A stretch of 63,772 bases of DNA, filler included, from Platydemus manokwari (Eukaryota), in NCBI GenBank assembly GCA_037951405.1. It is 6 parts of 6 records of this genome, joined end to end, with 100 filler letters (N's around TTAATTAATTAA, not from the genome) between each part and the next. Parts side by side here need not be neighbours in the genome. Positions count along the whole stretch, not along the records: positions 1 to 14,102 come from JBBMOY011531411.1; 5 more parts are not named here. The stretch is one strand, 5' to 3'. Of the stretch, positions 1 to 12,501 are shown in pieces (position 1 is the stretch's first letter; each line of letters begins with the position of its first letter). The notes below the pieces were generated by a model. That model was not told where the DNA came from. It did no database searches and worked only from the letters and a program-made list of their open reading frames with translations. The position numbers were made by a program, and so were the translations under genes.

Positions 1-939
1 AAAGATGGGGAAATGTTGTAACTTCCGATGGACATTACTTTGGATAACAGAATTGTACAAGATTTTCTTTAATAAACGCTCAATTGTTCTAAAAAAATTC
101 CGGTTTTTAAGTTATAGACCCAATAAAATTAATTAAATTGATTTATGATGGCTATGCTCTTTGTAAATATAGACGAATTCATCTTATTATATATAACGAA
201 TGACTCTATTATCATAAAAAATTATCGTCTTTAAATTTTATATTAGCCAGTATCTTGGCACAGATTTTGTACTCATTTTTCATTCATTTTCTGATGAGGA
301 GATCCTACTCACAAAGAAAACATCCGAAAGACATTATGTGACATTTATCCACCATGGCTTCTATTGCTGGAAATTGAAACAATAAAGTAAGGTTCAAATA
401 TTTTGCACTCATCATTTGTTGGAGTTTGAATGCATTCACCTATGCTGAATTTGATAAAATTATTGTTTTCGCCTGCTTTATTTCGGTGATATCATTTTAT
501 CAATCAAAACAGTTTTATTGTTCAATGATATTTTCAATGATGAAAACCTATGACAAAATAACTGATGAATTGTGAGGAAAATTCATTGAATCTCTCTGTA
601 TGAACTTGTATGTTCTCAATAATATTTTGTGAAACTTACTGGATTCTATCTGGATTTTATCTTTAACCGTCCACCCAAAAATCAGAATCAGAAGAACTTA
701 AAAATTAATTGATTGGAGCAAAATCTTTTTGTAAATAAATCGATAAAATGTTTACGATATGGTCCAATTTTTAAACCAACATACATATCCATTTAAATCG
801 CTATCCCCATCAAATATTGATATTCAAGTGATATAGCCTTGACTATTTTAATGATTGGAATACATAATAATATCCCAATCATATGCCATGGTCATCAGAT
901 GAAAAAAAATTTCTAATCAATAGAGAAAAATGATCTAAC

Positions 940-3900
940 CTGAAGACAAATGAAAACACGGCAATAATGACCACAGTCATATCCATAATATTCCAAGGAT
1001 CTCTCATATACGAGCCTGGATGAAATATAAGACCCAGATCTATCACCTGAAATTTAAACTAATTATAATAAAATTTCTATTTTACACTCACCTTGAGAAC
1101 CATCTCTACTAGAAACACTGTTGTAAACGCCAGATCAAAATTTTCAAGGAGTTTATTTCGATATGTATAGACAACAGGATCTTCTGCTGCCAACGCTATA
1201 GAGCTGGCAAATATTACCATCATAATAAAAAGGTCAAAGCATCTCAGATTTGCTACAAAATGACAAGTTCTACGAATGAAATTATTCGGAGCGAAGATAA
1301 ATAAGGAACTGTATGGTAGCATTGTTCGTTTAGGTGAAGCTATTGGATTATTATTATTTTCATAGTTTTCTAGTTCGAATATAAGAAATTTAATTTATTA
1401 ATTAGTTACCGGATAACTCTACACGTGTTTCTTGCTGTTCAATGTTTTTTGGCTCAGAGATATTATGACCACTATCTCATCAAAGGTAAAATTAAATCAA
1501 TATTATGGATGTACTTACGATTGATCGACATCACACAATTCGGGCTCCAATGAAGCCATCTGATTTTCAAATAACCGTCTTTGTTCGTTTATTGCTTCTT
1601 CTCGCCTCTAGAAATATTAGCTAGAAATCATTTTATTAAACAATTTCCATTTATTATTTATGTCAATATCTAGATAAATACCTGTACTTCCTTCTTAGTT
1701 TCTTCTTCTTCTGCTGCAGATAGTTCGGCGGCATTGGCCAGATTGTCAACCGCAATAGCTAAGAACACATTCAGCAAAGTATCTAAATATCGAATAATTT
1801 TATCAACATTAATTGCGATTACTGGAAATAATTACAATTGCCGAAAATCACAATGAGGAGAAAATAAGAAGAATAAATCATTGAGAAATCTTTACTATTG
1901 CTGGTTTTCATTTGTGACCTTATTCCGTCATACATAACTTCATTCCAGTTTTCGCCAGTGAGAATCTATAATCTAGATTAATAGAACACAAGGATATTAT
2001 TTAAAGGCTAACCACAAAAACTGTTATTATGGCGCTTGGAAAATTATCAAAATTTAGAGCCGGTTTTCCTTTATCAAAATTAAAGCTAAAGATGATAAAT
2101 GAGTTGTTTAAAACAATTATTTATAGAATTTACTCTCCCCCAAATAATTGCATGCCCAGAAGAGTAAGAATAAAAATAAAAAGGCCTAGAAGCAAAAGCA
2201 GACTGATTATACTTCTCATAGAGCTCAGAAGTGAAAAAACCAGATTTCTAAGGGATGACCAGTACCTGAAAAACAATTAATCATGTGATTATCTCAAAAC
2301 ATGTTTTGTTACCTTGTTAACTTTAGTAATCTTAGTAACCGAATGCATCTCAATGCTGAAAATCCAAAAGATCGTTTAGGATTAATTATTTGAAAGATTG
2401 CCTCAAACAAGCTGGCTGTAACAACCTATGACAAACATAAAATGTCTCTCATATCTTAATCATTAATATATTATCATACTAAAAAGTCAAAAAAATTAAA
2501 TTTTGATCTGAAGTAATCTCGGAATCCCAGCCCGAATACTTTGATGAATAATTCTCCCATGAATATTGTCAAAAAGACATATTCAGCATAAACTTAACAA
2601 GAATAATCAGATAATTATAGCAAATTGTTTGAGTAACGAACACAAAAATTGGTCGAGAAATTTAGGCTGACCGTAGTGCTCCACAGCGACGCAAGCCGTA
2701 TTTAATAATACGAGTGTGATCACACCCCAATAAAATGGTTGAGTTTTGATCGATCTTCTTACTACTGGCCTACAATTATGTTAAGATATATATATTTAGT
2801 CTAAAACAGATTTACCGCATTTCTTTAATGTATCTAATAATAACTTGAAACGGCGATCGGCATTTTTCATTAAGCTCTTCATCTGATTCTTAATAAAACT
2901 TTGCTTAATTGAAATTCATTTGAAAATATTATATACCTTCTAAGTGATCCATAAATTCCTCGGTGGCTTTCTTTCTTTCAAGCCATGTTCTTGTTTGTCG
3001 CCAATCTGTATGACGATATCACATTATCTTATAAATATAGAAATTCCAAAGAAATTTTCAAGTGTCTTCATTTCCAATAACAAAAAATTTGATTATTTTA
3101 GAATCTTTAAATTATTTCACAAAACTCGTGTTTTAGCTTAAAAATCCTCTTCAGTGATAGAAATGGAACACAAGAAATAAAAATTATTATTTTATGAGAA
3201 TTGATCTTTATTTTAGATGAATAAATATGAGATATTTGATTTTGAGGCTTTTGATTATGGTTATTAAAATATTATTATCTTTATTATTTCAATCTTATGA
3301 TTATAATTTGATAATTATTTTATAACATCATTTTTAATAAATACAAACCAACTTTTTATCAACTCTTTCCGTTCTCCTTCAGTTTGTCTATTAGCCACAA
3401 TCATCAGTTCCTCTAATTTAATAATAATATATTTATGATATAAAAATATGAACCTGCGGTGTCTATCCAATCCAGATAGCCTTCAAGTAAATTTTCATAT
3501 TTTTGTGATTCTCTCAACTTTAGAAAAGCCCTTTTTTTCTCAACTCGTTCCCTTTCTTTAGCAAATTTTCTACGTGATATTTTTGTAGCATATAAAGTTC
3601 TAATTTAATCTAACCCGCTAAGTACACCAAGAACAAGATTCAACATGAAAAATGAACCCAAAATGATAATCGTTACAAAATAAAGTACATTCCACTGACT
3701 ATCATTAGCTTTATTTGTCTAGAAAAAGTCTCTGAAGCAATTTAATTAAATAAAAGTTTACATTGTACAAAACATCAGTCCATCCTTCCATCGTTATGCA
3801 TTGGAATACTGTTAGCATAGCGTATCCGATATTATCAAAATTTACAAACCCAAAATATGGTCCCTCCCAATAAGGCTTACACACATATCCAGGACCGCAT

Positions 3901-6409
3901 GAATTATTCGATTGTGGAGAACAGGTTTGTTCAGTGGGATCATACAAAACTGGTCTATCTAATAATATATTGGATTAGAATTCAAAACAGAATTAGTTAT
4001 TGTTTGGATTTACCAGATTTCCAGCATGTCGAATGAAATATGCCGCGATAGATTTCCAATCCAATGATTGCGAAAATTAATATTGCAAAAAGAACGAGGA
4101 GACCTATTTGTAAGAGCGGCTTCATAGCTTTGATGATGGACATCAAAACAACTTGCAAACCTTCAAATAAAATGCTTGTCGAAATAATGTGCACGATAGA
4201 CACGATTGACGATACAATTTTATTTTTACTATTTTGGTAAGCCCATAAATCATTTAATAATAATAAAATTTAATAGATTATTATTACCCGACCAACTAAA
4301 AGTTATAAATAATAATAAATAATTATTATAATTAATAAACATTAGAAGATGCGGATAAAAATGTTCAAATCGCAACAAATTTGACAAATATAATCTGTAG
4401 ATTACAAATAAATACGATAAATTATTATCATTGGCATTGTTAAACGGATTTGACAGCGGTCAGGTTACCGCCATACCGTTTGAATAAGCTGCGTAACACG
4501 TCTCACTGAATTATTTAAAGCAAGAAGCTATTACGTTATTACAGCATGGATTTTTCTCGAATCGATGCCATCATCAACCAAAATGTCAACCATATTGGAT
4601 CGCGAACACGTGGAAATGGAAATTTGACAAATCTCGAAAATTGTGAAGATAATGTTAGTTTTATTTTCGAATCTGGAAAATCGTCAAATCTGGAAAAGTT
4701 AGATTTTTTGATCCCATTTTTCTGTAATTTGATAATTTGTTTGGAAAATTTTATAAGTAAATTAGATGTATTTTTTAATACTCTTTCTAACAGTATAAAA
4801 AATTTTGGCAACAGTAATGTTTTTAATAATATTACTATTGCTAGCGATTTTCTTAACAGTTTGTATTTAATATTTAAATATATTGTTGCAATATTATTAA
4901 CGATAATTCTTTACATTTCCTTAATGAAATGTTGAATGATGGCGTAATTAGTTATATTTTATAACACAAATTATGTTAGTCATTGCTTCTGTGTTAGTAG
5001 AAATCGCCAGCAATATATTATTATTATAGTAGCGATAGTGAATTAAGTAGAGAGATGATAATGAGTCCTTGTTTAAAATATATGAAGTAGCTCAGTTTTA
5101 TTTTGGCTTGATTGTTGAGTAAGGGCTGAATCATTTCCAAAATTATCAGTATTTATTAAATAAGTTTATGAAAAAGAGTTGATTAACGAAACAATAGAAA
5201 AACCTCATTCGCAAAACTTAAAAAATAAATCAGTTATATTTCTTTAAAAAGACAGTCGACAGCCACTAAATAATGGCTGGTATAAATGTGAGATGTCTAA
5301 AAAATAAATTTGTAAATAAAAATGCCAATTGATCCAAGCACATAAATCAAATATTTAAGCAGGAGCTATGATGATATTATAAGTTTCAAATGTTTCTATA
5401 AAAATTCATTCCCTGAATATCTCATGTTTAGAGAATTGGCAAATACTTTGATAAGACTGTTGAATGATATTAAATAAGCAAAGCATATATATGTAGGGTG
5501 AATATAAATACTTGGAACTCCTGAAACTAATTTGAAAGGTCTCAGAACTCTAATTGCCCGTAAAGTTCTAAGATTTACCGTGTCTGCTCGCAGATTGATG
5601 GTTATGAGCCTATTAGTAATAAATAACCATAAAAAATCTTTTTCTTAAACAAGATATAATTTTAGATATTGTTCTAGAACAGAGGTGGCCAACTTTTGCG
5701 TACGTAAGATCGACCGGTTGGCCACCCCTGTTCGAGAACATCCAATTCAAAAATAAAATTCAAAAAATTATACTTCAAATAATAATCTAATATAACTTAC
5801 CCTGTCGTAACCACAATGAAATCTAAAATATTCCAAACGCTTCTTAAATAAGCCGTTTTGTTGAAAACAAACCCTAAAGCTATTATTTTCAAAATCGCTT
5901 CGGTTGTGAATATTCCTAGAAATATGAGTTCGGTTTTCGCCTGGAAAAGGAATTAAATTTAATTTAATCCAGAAGTAACAAACCATTTGCGTCACGAGAT
6001 AAGTTCGATCACCTTGTGGTTGATGAACCTCCAATGCAAGCGATATACAATTCACAATTATAGTAAATATCACTAAATATTCGAACCATGTGATATCAAA
6101 AATTAAGGAAAATATCCTCATATTATTGAATAATAATTGATTAATAAAAGGATATCTTTGCTCAATCAAAGCTCTACATAAACTTCGAATAGCATTGTTT
6201 TCGGAAAATATAAAAAGAGAACGATCTGGATTTGCCAACTGTCCTGCAAACCCTAAAGGTAAGGTTTGCTTTGCCAGAATTTTAATCGTTGGTTTTTTTC
6301 TCATGGAAGGATTCGACAAATTTGTTGAACAAGACAAAATTTGATTCCACAATATTGAATCGTTTAGAAACAAATTGTTTTCAATTGATGAAAGCAGATA
6401 GGTTTGCAC
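940..6409 (-). CDS. Voltage-gated Ca2+ channel alpha-1 subunit, Cav2 type. Multi-exon and partial: domains I, II and the start of III; the gene continues off the left edge and the start codon is uncertain (about 6305-6640).
   Basis: Spliced exons include 6409-6156, 6089-5984, 5940-5801, 5609-5512, 4160-4014, 3958-3762, 3569-3454 and 1047-940. They encode IS4 [37 protein letters not shown] (Cav2-like), pore TMEGW and TGENW, AID EGYLDWI, IIS6 [15 protein letters not shown] and IIIS1 [10 protein letters not shown]. Confidence 0.95.
4546..4935 (+). CDS. Intronless 129-aa ORF nested antisense in a Cav2 intron, with a hydrophobic C-terminal tail
   Basis: Open ATG-TGA frame in AT-rich DNA, inside the 4161-5511 intron. 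No recognised homology. Confidence 0.35.
   Translation: MDFSRIDAIINQNVNHIGSRTRGNGNLTNLENCEDNVSFIFESGKSSNLEKLDFLIPFFCNLIICLENFISKLDVFFNTLSNSIKNFGNSNVFNNITIASDFLNSLYLIFKYIVAILLTIILYISLMKC
5680..5730. mobile_element. 51-bp hAT (Buster-type) micro-MITE
   Basis: 14-bp TIRs CAGAGGTGGCCAAC / GTTGGCCACCCCTG (1 mismatch); 8-bp TSD TTCTAGAA / TTCGAGAA. Confidence 0.85.
6090..6155 (-). other. U12-type (minor spliceosome) AT-AC intron, 66 nt
   Basis: 5' site ATATCCTTTT, branch TTCCTTAAT (6110-6102), 3' ATCAC. Removal gives LIEQR|WFEYL, collinear with Cav IS1. Confidence 0.9.
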
Positions 6410-7092
6410 TTGGCTGTGTCTTGTGCTGATGCGGTTGGTTATACTCTTATTTATGGAGACAGAATCATTATACCGAATAATTTTAACTGTGTTGCAATTT
6501 TAGAAGAGAAATTTAAATTTTGTTTTGCAATAAGCGTGTCTCTGGTGATGTACAAAAATGTCCATACGAATTGGAACGAGTAACTCATCAATGATAACAA
6601 TTGCAACTGATATAATGAGGGAATCAGTTATTTTATCCATTCGATCTCTTCATTTCCAGCTCCGGAAATGAGATTGGTTTCATTAAATTTTAATTATTGA
6701 GTGGATTTTTAGTCATTTTATTGCTGAATATAATTTGGGTTGAAATTAATTTTTGTTTTAGTAATCATATTGTGTTGATATTAATCATTATTATTATTTG
6801 TTGAACAACCAAATGAAATCCCATAACAGAAATAATCGAACAAAATGTAATTGAAAATAACCTTGGAAAATAGCACAAATTTCCCCCCAGGTAGGTCAGT
6901 AACAGCTGTTAGCACTAACTTGGAAGTTCAAAACAAAATAATATATATTATGAAGATTATTATTAACCTTGTGTTGCAACACAATTTTATTTTTTTAAAA
7001 ATAAAATTTATTAAAAATTAATGATGGATTTGCATTTAAAAGATTGCTTGTAAGTCAAAATTTTCGAGTTGAAATTTAAAATGTTTGACCCG

Positions 7093-7158
7093 TGTGAGCA
7101 TTAATTTTAATTAAATGATAATAAATTTAAAATTTCAAAATTAAAATTAATGCTCACA
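7093..7158. repeat. Perfect 20-bp inverted repeat upstream of Cav2
   Basis: TGTGAGCATTAATTTTAATT (7093-7112) pairs with AATTAAAATTAATGCTCACA (7139-7158). Confidence 0.85.
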
Positions 7159-8068
7159 ACACGGTTGTCATGACGATTCTTGTTTGATAAAATAGTTCAA
7201 TGTTTTTCTTTTATTAAATTATTTGACCTACTTTCGTTATGATGAATTTTCGCGCATGTGATAATTTTATGATTTCATTTTTTATATAGCTGCCATGTTT
7301 GATTTATCCGCACAATTCAGTCAATATCTCGCTTGTTAGGCTGTTGAAAAGGTGCTAAACAGCACATTTATGCATGTCTTTTTGATTTTGTAATTTTAAA
7401 TATATTTAATTATAAATGAACTCAGGAAATCCATGGCACGTGTTATAGCGCAGCATAACTCATTTTTATGTCAAAAATGGGTTCTTGCTAACTTTCAATA
7501 AAGTGCAATTCGACCCGTTTTTTCAAATCTTAGGAGATTTTAAAGCTCAAAACTAAAATTCTTCTTAAATACTCAAATGAAAAAGTATTTGAAAAATATA
7601 ATTAAACAAACTATATAGATTTTTGCAACGCACTCAACAAATTAAAAATTTTATTTTAGAACCTCTTTTCTTAAATTCAGCCAATAATAAAATTTCGAAG
7701 CCACTAATGGTCACTGACAAGTTTATTAAGTAATCAATTATCGAGAAAAATCTTGTAAATTAAATGAAGATTGCTATTTATGGTTTTATTGTTGTGAGGC
7801 ATTCGTTGAGTGATAAAAACTGTTCTAATATCGATTGTTTCGAGAATCATTTTTAATAACTTTTATTAAAATCTACACGAAAGGAGAACTCAAATATCAA
7901 CAAATAAATTTATCAAAACAATATTAACGGAATAAGCTTCTAAAATGATGTGATTATGCAATCAATAAAACATTGCAACTTGAAAATTATCACAAATAAT
8001 ATTGACAAACACAAGCCAAAACTGTCCATATAATACTATTTATTTACAGGAGAACAAGAAATCAATAA

Positions 8069-8414
8069 TTAATCTCCAAGCATATTTAAAATATCATCAA
8101 TCTCATTATCATCCATAACATCAACATTTTCAAAATCAATTCCCTCGAATTCATTTGCAGCATTAGCGCTAAAATCAATATTATCCTAGAAAAATAATTA
8201 ATTCTTGCTTGTGATATTTAATAATGCATACTTCGACCTTTGAATCACAGTTAATTTTTGAAACAATGTGCTCGAGTCCTAATTTTTCGGCTTCAAGGAT
8301 ATTTTGAACAACTAACAAGGATCTTTTTAATTTGTTCATTTGACTTATTTCGATATTAAGCTTTTTCACAATATTTTCATGAATTCGTTGATTTTGTTTG
8401 GTATTATTAGACAT
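8069..8414 (-). CDS. SNAPC5: SNAPC5/SNAP19-like small protein, 99 aa, 2 exons (8414-8232, 8185-8069)
   Basis: 46-nt GT-AG intron. KLNIEISQMNKLKRSLLVVQNILEAEKLGLE matches the SNAPC5 pattern L..E......LK..L....N.L..E.L.L, followed by an acidic tail; size is similar to SNAPC5. Confidence 0.6.
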
Positions 8415-9740
8415 AAATATAAAATATACTGATAAAAAATTAAAAAAGCAAAATTGCCGCTCTTGAATCAATATTTAAACAAATATGTTATTAACTCAAA
8501 GTTAATTTATTTTTAGCATTATATCTTACTAACAATGAAGAATAAATATTTTTATGTTTCTGATAGTTTTTTATGATGAATATAATAAAATAATAAATTA
8601 CATTCTTCGTCATCATTTTGAAATTATAATATAATTGTTAATATCACTATTTTATATCATAGATGTATAATTGAATATTTCTGAAATTGTGTTGGAATAT
8701 TGTTAACTTACAGTAAATTTTTCCCCGAAGCCATTTCTAACCTAATTTTATTAATAAGACTGAATCAAGAAATTTTTAATTAATTATCGACAGGTAATAC
8801 ATTGATGAAATAATTTATTGAAAATGTTTCTTATTTAAATATCAAATAAATCTTAATCTATAATAATGGGTTATTCTATAATTCATACTAATAAATGTTT
8901 TAATAATAATATTATGTGTGATTGGAGTTACACTTTTATATAATCTATTATGGTTTTAAATAATTTGATACACAAATTTAATTTATAGAAATTTTTTTTT
9001 AAAAATTCAGTTTTCTAAATTGAATCAGCCTTTAAATGAAATCAAAATTATTAAATTTCTAAAATTATAATTAGTGATGTGATATATTGCTAGAATATTT
9101 TATTATTTTCATTATGTATGTGTGTTGTTTATTTCACTGATTCTCGAAAGCTTCATTGGCACATATGAAGGTGGTGTTTTTGGTGAATTAATGACTGATA
9201 TTTAAAAACTTTTGCTTATCGAATTTTAAATCATTTTAATATAGTTATAATTACTAATTATCGCTACCGATACGGCAGTTAAAAACAATAAATTAATCTA
9301 ATCTGTAATCTTATTCTCAAAAATTAGACAGTCCAACCAAGCTGCATAACCAGTCCAAATTCAAGTAGCAAGCCACATCGAAGGTTGATATATAGGTGAT
9401 AATCGATTAAGTATTTATTCAATTTACGACAATAACAATGGATTATTTATTTTATGTAAATTTTGACTTTGTGTTTGATTTTTTGCCAATTAATTTTAGA
9501 TTATTTGATAATTAATTTTGTGTAAATCATTTTTTAATTATTTTATCCTTTGAAAAAATTGCAAAAAGAAATTGATTTTGTAAAATTTGAGTTTGAATGA
9601 AAATAATTATAATGGGAAAAATGTAATATTTGGAATGATAATGGCTCATTATAAAAATATTTATAATAATAAAAAACTCTATGCTGATAAAAAGAATTAT
9701 TTTGTGGGCAAATTTAAAAACCCGAAATAATTATTAATAA

Positions 9741-10048
9741 TGTAGGTGTGAACGATTCTATCGAATGAAAAGTGAAGCTCTGGGACATCTTGTAAACGCA
9801 CACAATAAGCCTATAAAATGAGTTGGATTTCAAGAGCATTTGTCAATCTTTTTAACCTGTAACTTCTATTCTATGTGATTTTTACGTGGTTTTTCTAACA
9901 ACCAGTCTTCGTGGTTGTCTTCTGTTTTGTCGTTAGACTATTGGGTGTTGAATTCACCTCGTGTGATTATCTATTGTTGATTTAGCGTGATTTTTATCGT
10001 GTTTGGTGACGAATCGAGTTTTATAATCCATTATGATTTATATCTACA
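9741..10048 (+). repeat. Dispersed repeat, solo-LTR-like (family A)
   Basis: TGTAG...CTACA ends and an internal TATAAAA; collinear similarity to the reverse complement of about 16545-16820. No TSD seen. Confidence 0.5.
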
Positions 10049-10381
10049 ATGTTCAGTATTTAGTGTCAGTTTATATTCAACCAACAGTGTATAATCATCA
10101 AGAAAATCAGAAAAGATCTCTCTTAAAATATATTTAAACGGGAGAGAAGACGACTGAAATTTTATTTACGTTCCTAATAACTACTGAGAACGATTTTAAT
10201 AAAAATATGATATAAACCAGAAACACATTAAAAGTAAATCCGTGTGAAAAATACTTTATGATCAATAATATATTTGTAAAATCAATATCAACTAATTGGA
10301 GATTAGGTATTGTTGAAATAAATTTTGTTATTGTTTGTCTGAATAAGAGTTGCGTTTTGTGTGACAGTAATAAATTGTTTG

Positions 10382-10606
10382 TGATAGATTCTTAAATGAT
10401 AGATTCTTAAATTATAGATTCTTAAATGATAGATTCTTAAATGATAGATTCTTAAATGATAGATTCTTAAATTATAGATTCTTAAATGATAGATTCTTAA
10501 ATGATAGATGCTTAAATGATAGATTCTTAAATGATAGATTCTTAAATGATAGATTCTTAAATGATAGATTCTTAAATGATAGATTCTTAAATTATAGATT
10601 CTTAAA
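10382..10606 (+). repeat. 15-bp minisatellite (TGATAGATTCTTAAA) x15
   Basis: Direct tandem copies with 4 single-base variants and no spacers. Confidence 0.97.
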
Positions 10607-12105
10607 TGAAGGACAACATCACTACTGTTAATTCTGTCTAGTGAACATTTTAGTATATTTCTTGAAGAAGTATCAATAGAATAATTTTAGGTACTGTTAC
10701 ATAATTGGATCAACTCAATCTTTAATAATATTTCAACGTCCATCAACGTCCTCACAGGAATTATCACAATCTCTATCTTCAGCCTCTTGAAGATAAGCAA
10801 CAAATTCCAACAGTCCCAGTCTAATCCTCCTATCAGAGCCTGCAGACACCCAAATGGAGAGTGGACATCAATGAAAACAATTAATTTGTGATTTAACCTT
10901 TTAGTGGTTTTATTTTAAATATTGATTTTATTTTTTGCATGAAAATGATTTATTTGTAAATATTTTTTGTGATTTTTATGTAAAAATTCATGTGAAAAAT
11001 TTTTGTAAGGATTTAAAAATATAAATATATTAATGCGCAAAATTATATTTTTTATACAGTTATTGTATTTTTGGGAAAAACAGAAGAAAATAAATTAAAA
11101 TTATTAATGTAGGCGGATTTGAAAAAATTTTAAAATCCAATATGTAAAAAGAAAAATAATGAACAAACATGATTATTCAGAATCCGTCATAGAAAATACT
11201 ATATAAGGAATGGAAAAATCATAAAATTCGTTCACGCAACAAAAATTTTGACTGAAAGGATAAACTTGTAAACAAAAATTCTTTTATTTCGGAAAGTTGA
11301 AAGATGAAGAGAACAAGAATCTATAAAGTGCGAATTTTCGTAAGAGTAAAAAAGAAGGTCAAAGGGTCCGTCCATATTGTAATATATATATACAGAGACG
11401 TTGTATAGAGACAGTAATTTTTGAACATCAATATGAACTTCATTTTTGGGTAGAAAATCGATTGTAATACATGGGAAATTATTTTAAGTAAATAATCCCT
11501 AGATTTAGAAATTTTCCTGTTATTATGTTACACCACTTTCAAGCTCAAATAATACATAAAATGCGGGAAAATTATTAGTTTTTGCCATTACAAATTAATC
11601 ATAAATAAAATCAAATAAACCATCATATTGTTTTTATTTATATTTCTTATAGACTCACGAGTTTGCCGGAGACATGAAGATTTACAATTATCTATGGTTT
11701 TGCACAGTAGAGGCTCCGTAAAAGTATTCATTGTTCCTGTTATGGAGTAAAGTAGTAGTACGATCTGGAAATAATTCTCTATCGTTATAATAAATTCGTA
11801 TCAAGGACTCGTCATATTTTTTAACTCTTTGTGTTGGATTAAAATTTTGCAAAGAAAATTTATTTTTTATTAACCAGAATATATTGATAAGCACAACATA
11901 TGGTCTAAAATATGAAAATAAGATGATTAGATTGTAAAGAACACTTCTACCCGTTGGAATATTTGTTAAACTTGAAATTCATCAAGATAATATCTATTTC
12001 AGATTTATTTACTAAAGATAATAAATAATAATGAATATTTTACAGCTTCAACCAAATATTGATGTTTTTGTGAAAGTCATTGATTGATTAAATTTTTTAA
12101 TTTAC

Positions 12106-12464
12106 ATTTTTCATAATTTTCGAGATTGAAATCGAGATCTGGATAACTGATTCTGGATGGCGGATTCAGTGCAGGTTAGACGTCTAAATGATAAATACGA
12201 CATATCTCGGTGACGATTGTTGCCAAATGAGGAGATGAATACGATTCTTCGTCAAACGATTCATGGTTTAATTTGATACGGTGTTGAAAATGTTCGGTTG
12301 GGGTATAAACAGGTTGAGGAATCTTAGAGATTTTTCATAAAAATTTTTGATTTTTAAAAGGAAAATAAATTACCTTATTGGCATTTTGTCGCAAATGTTG
12401 GTAAAGATTTTGATACATCTGATGAAATTATTATTGTTATTGTTATTATTATTATTTTATAATA

Positions 12465-12501
<37 letters not shown>

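Noticed and set aside
291-345. CTGATGA-GGA...TCC-GAAA hammerhead-like core in a Cav2 intron
   Set aside because: No convincing stem I, and no stem III with an NUH triplet; probably chance.
2029-2280. Plus-strand ORFs over Cav2 exons, and minus-strand ORFs over TRAF and MICU
   Set aside because: Antisense shadows of real exons.
10382-10606. CRISPR-like array
   Set aside because: No unique spacers and a eukaryotic context; it is a simple minisatellite.
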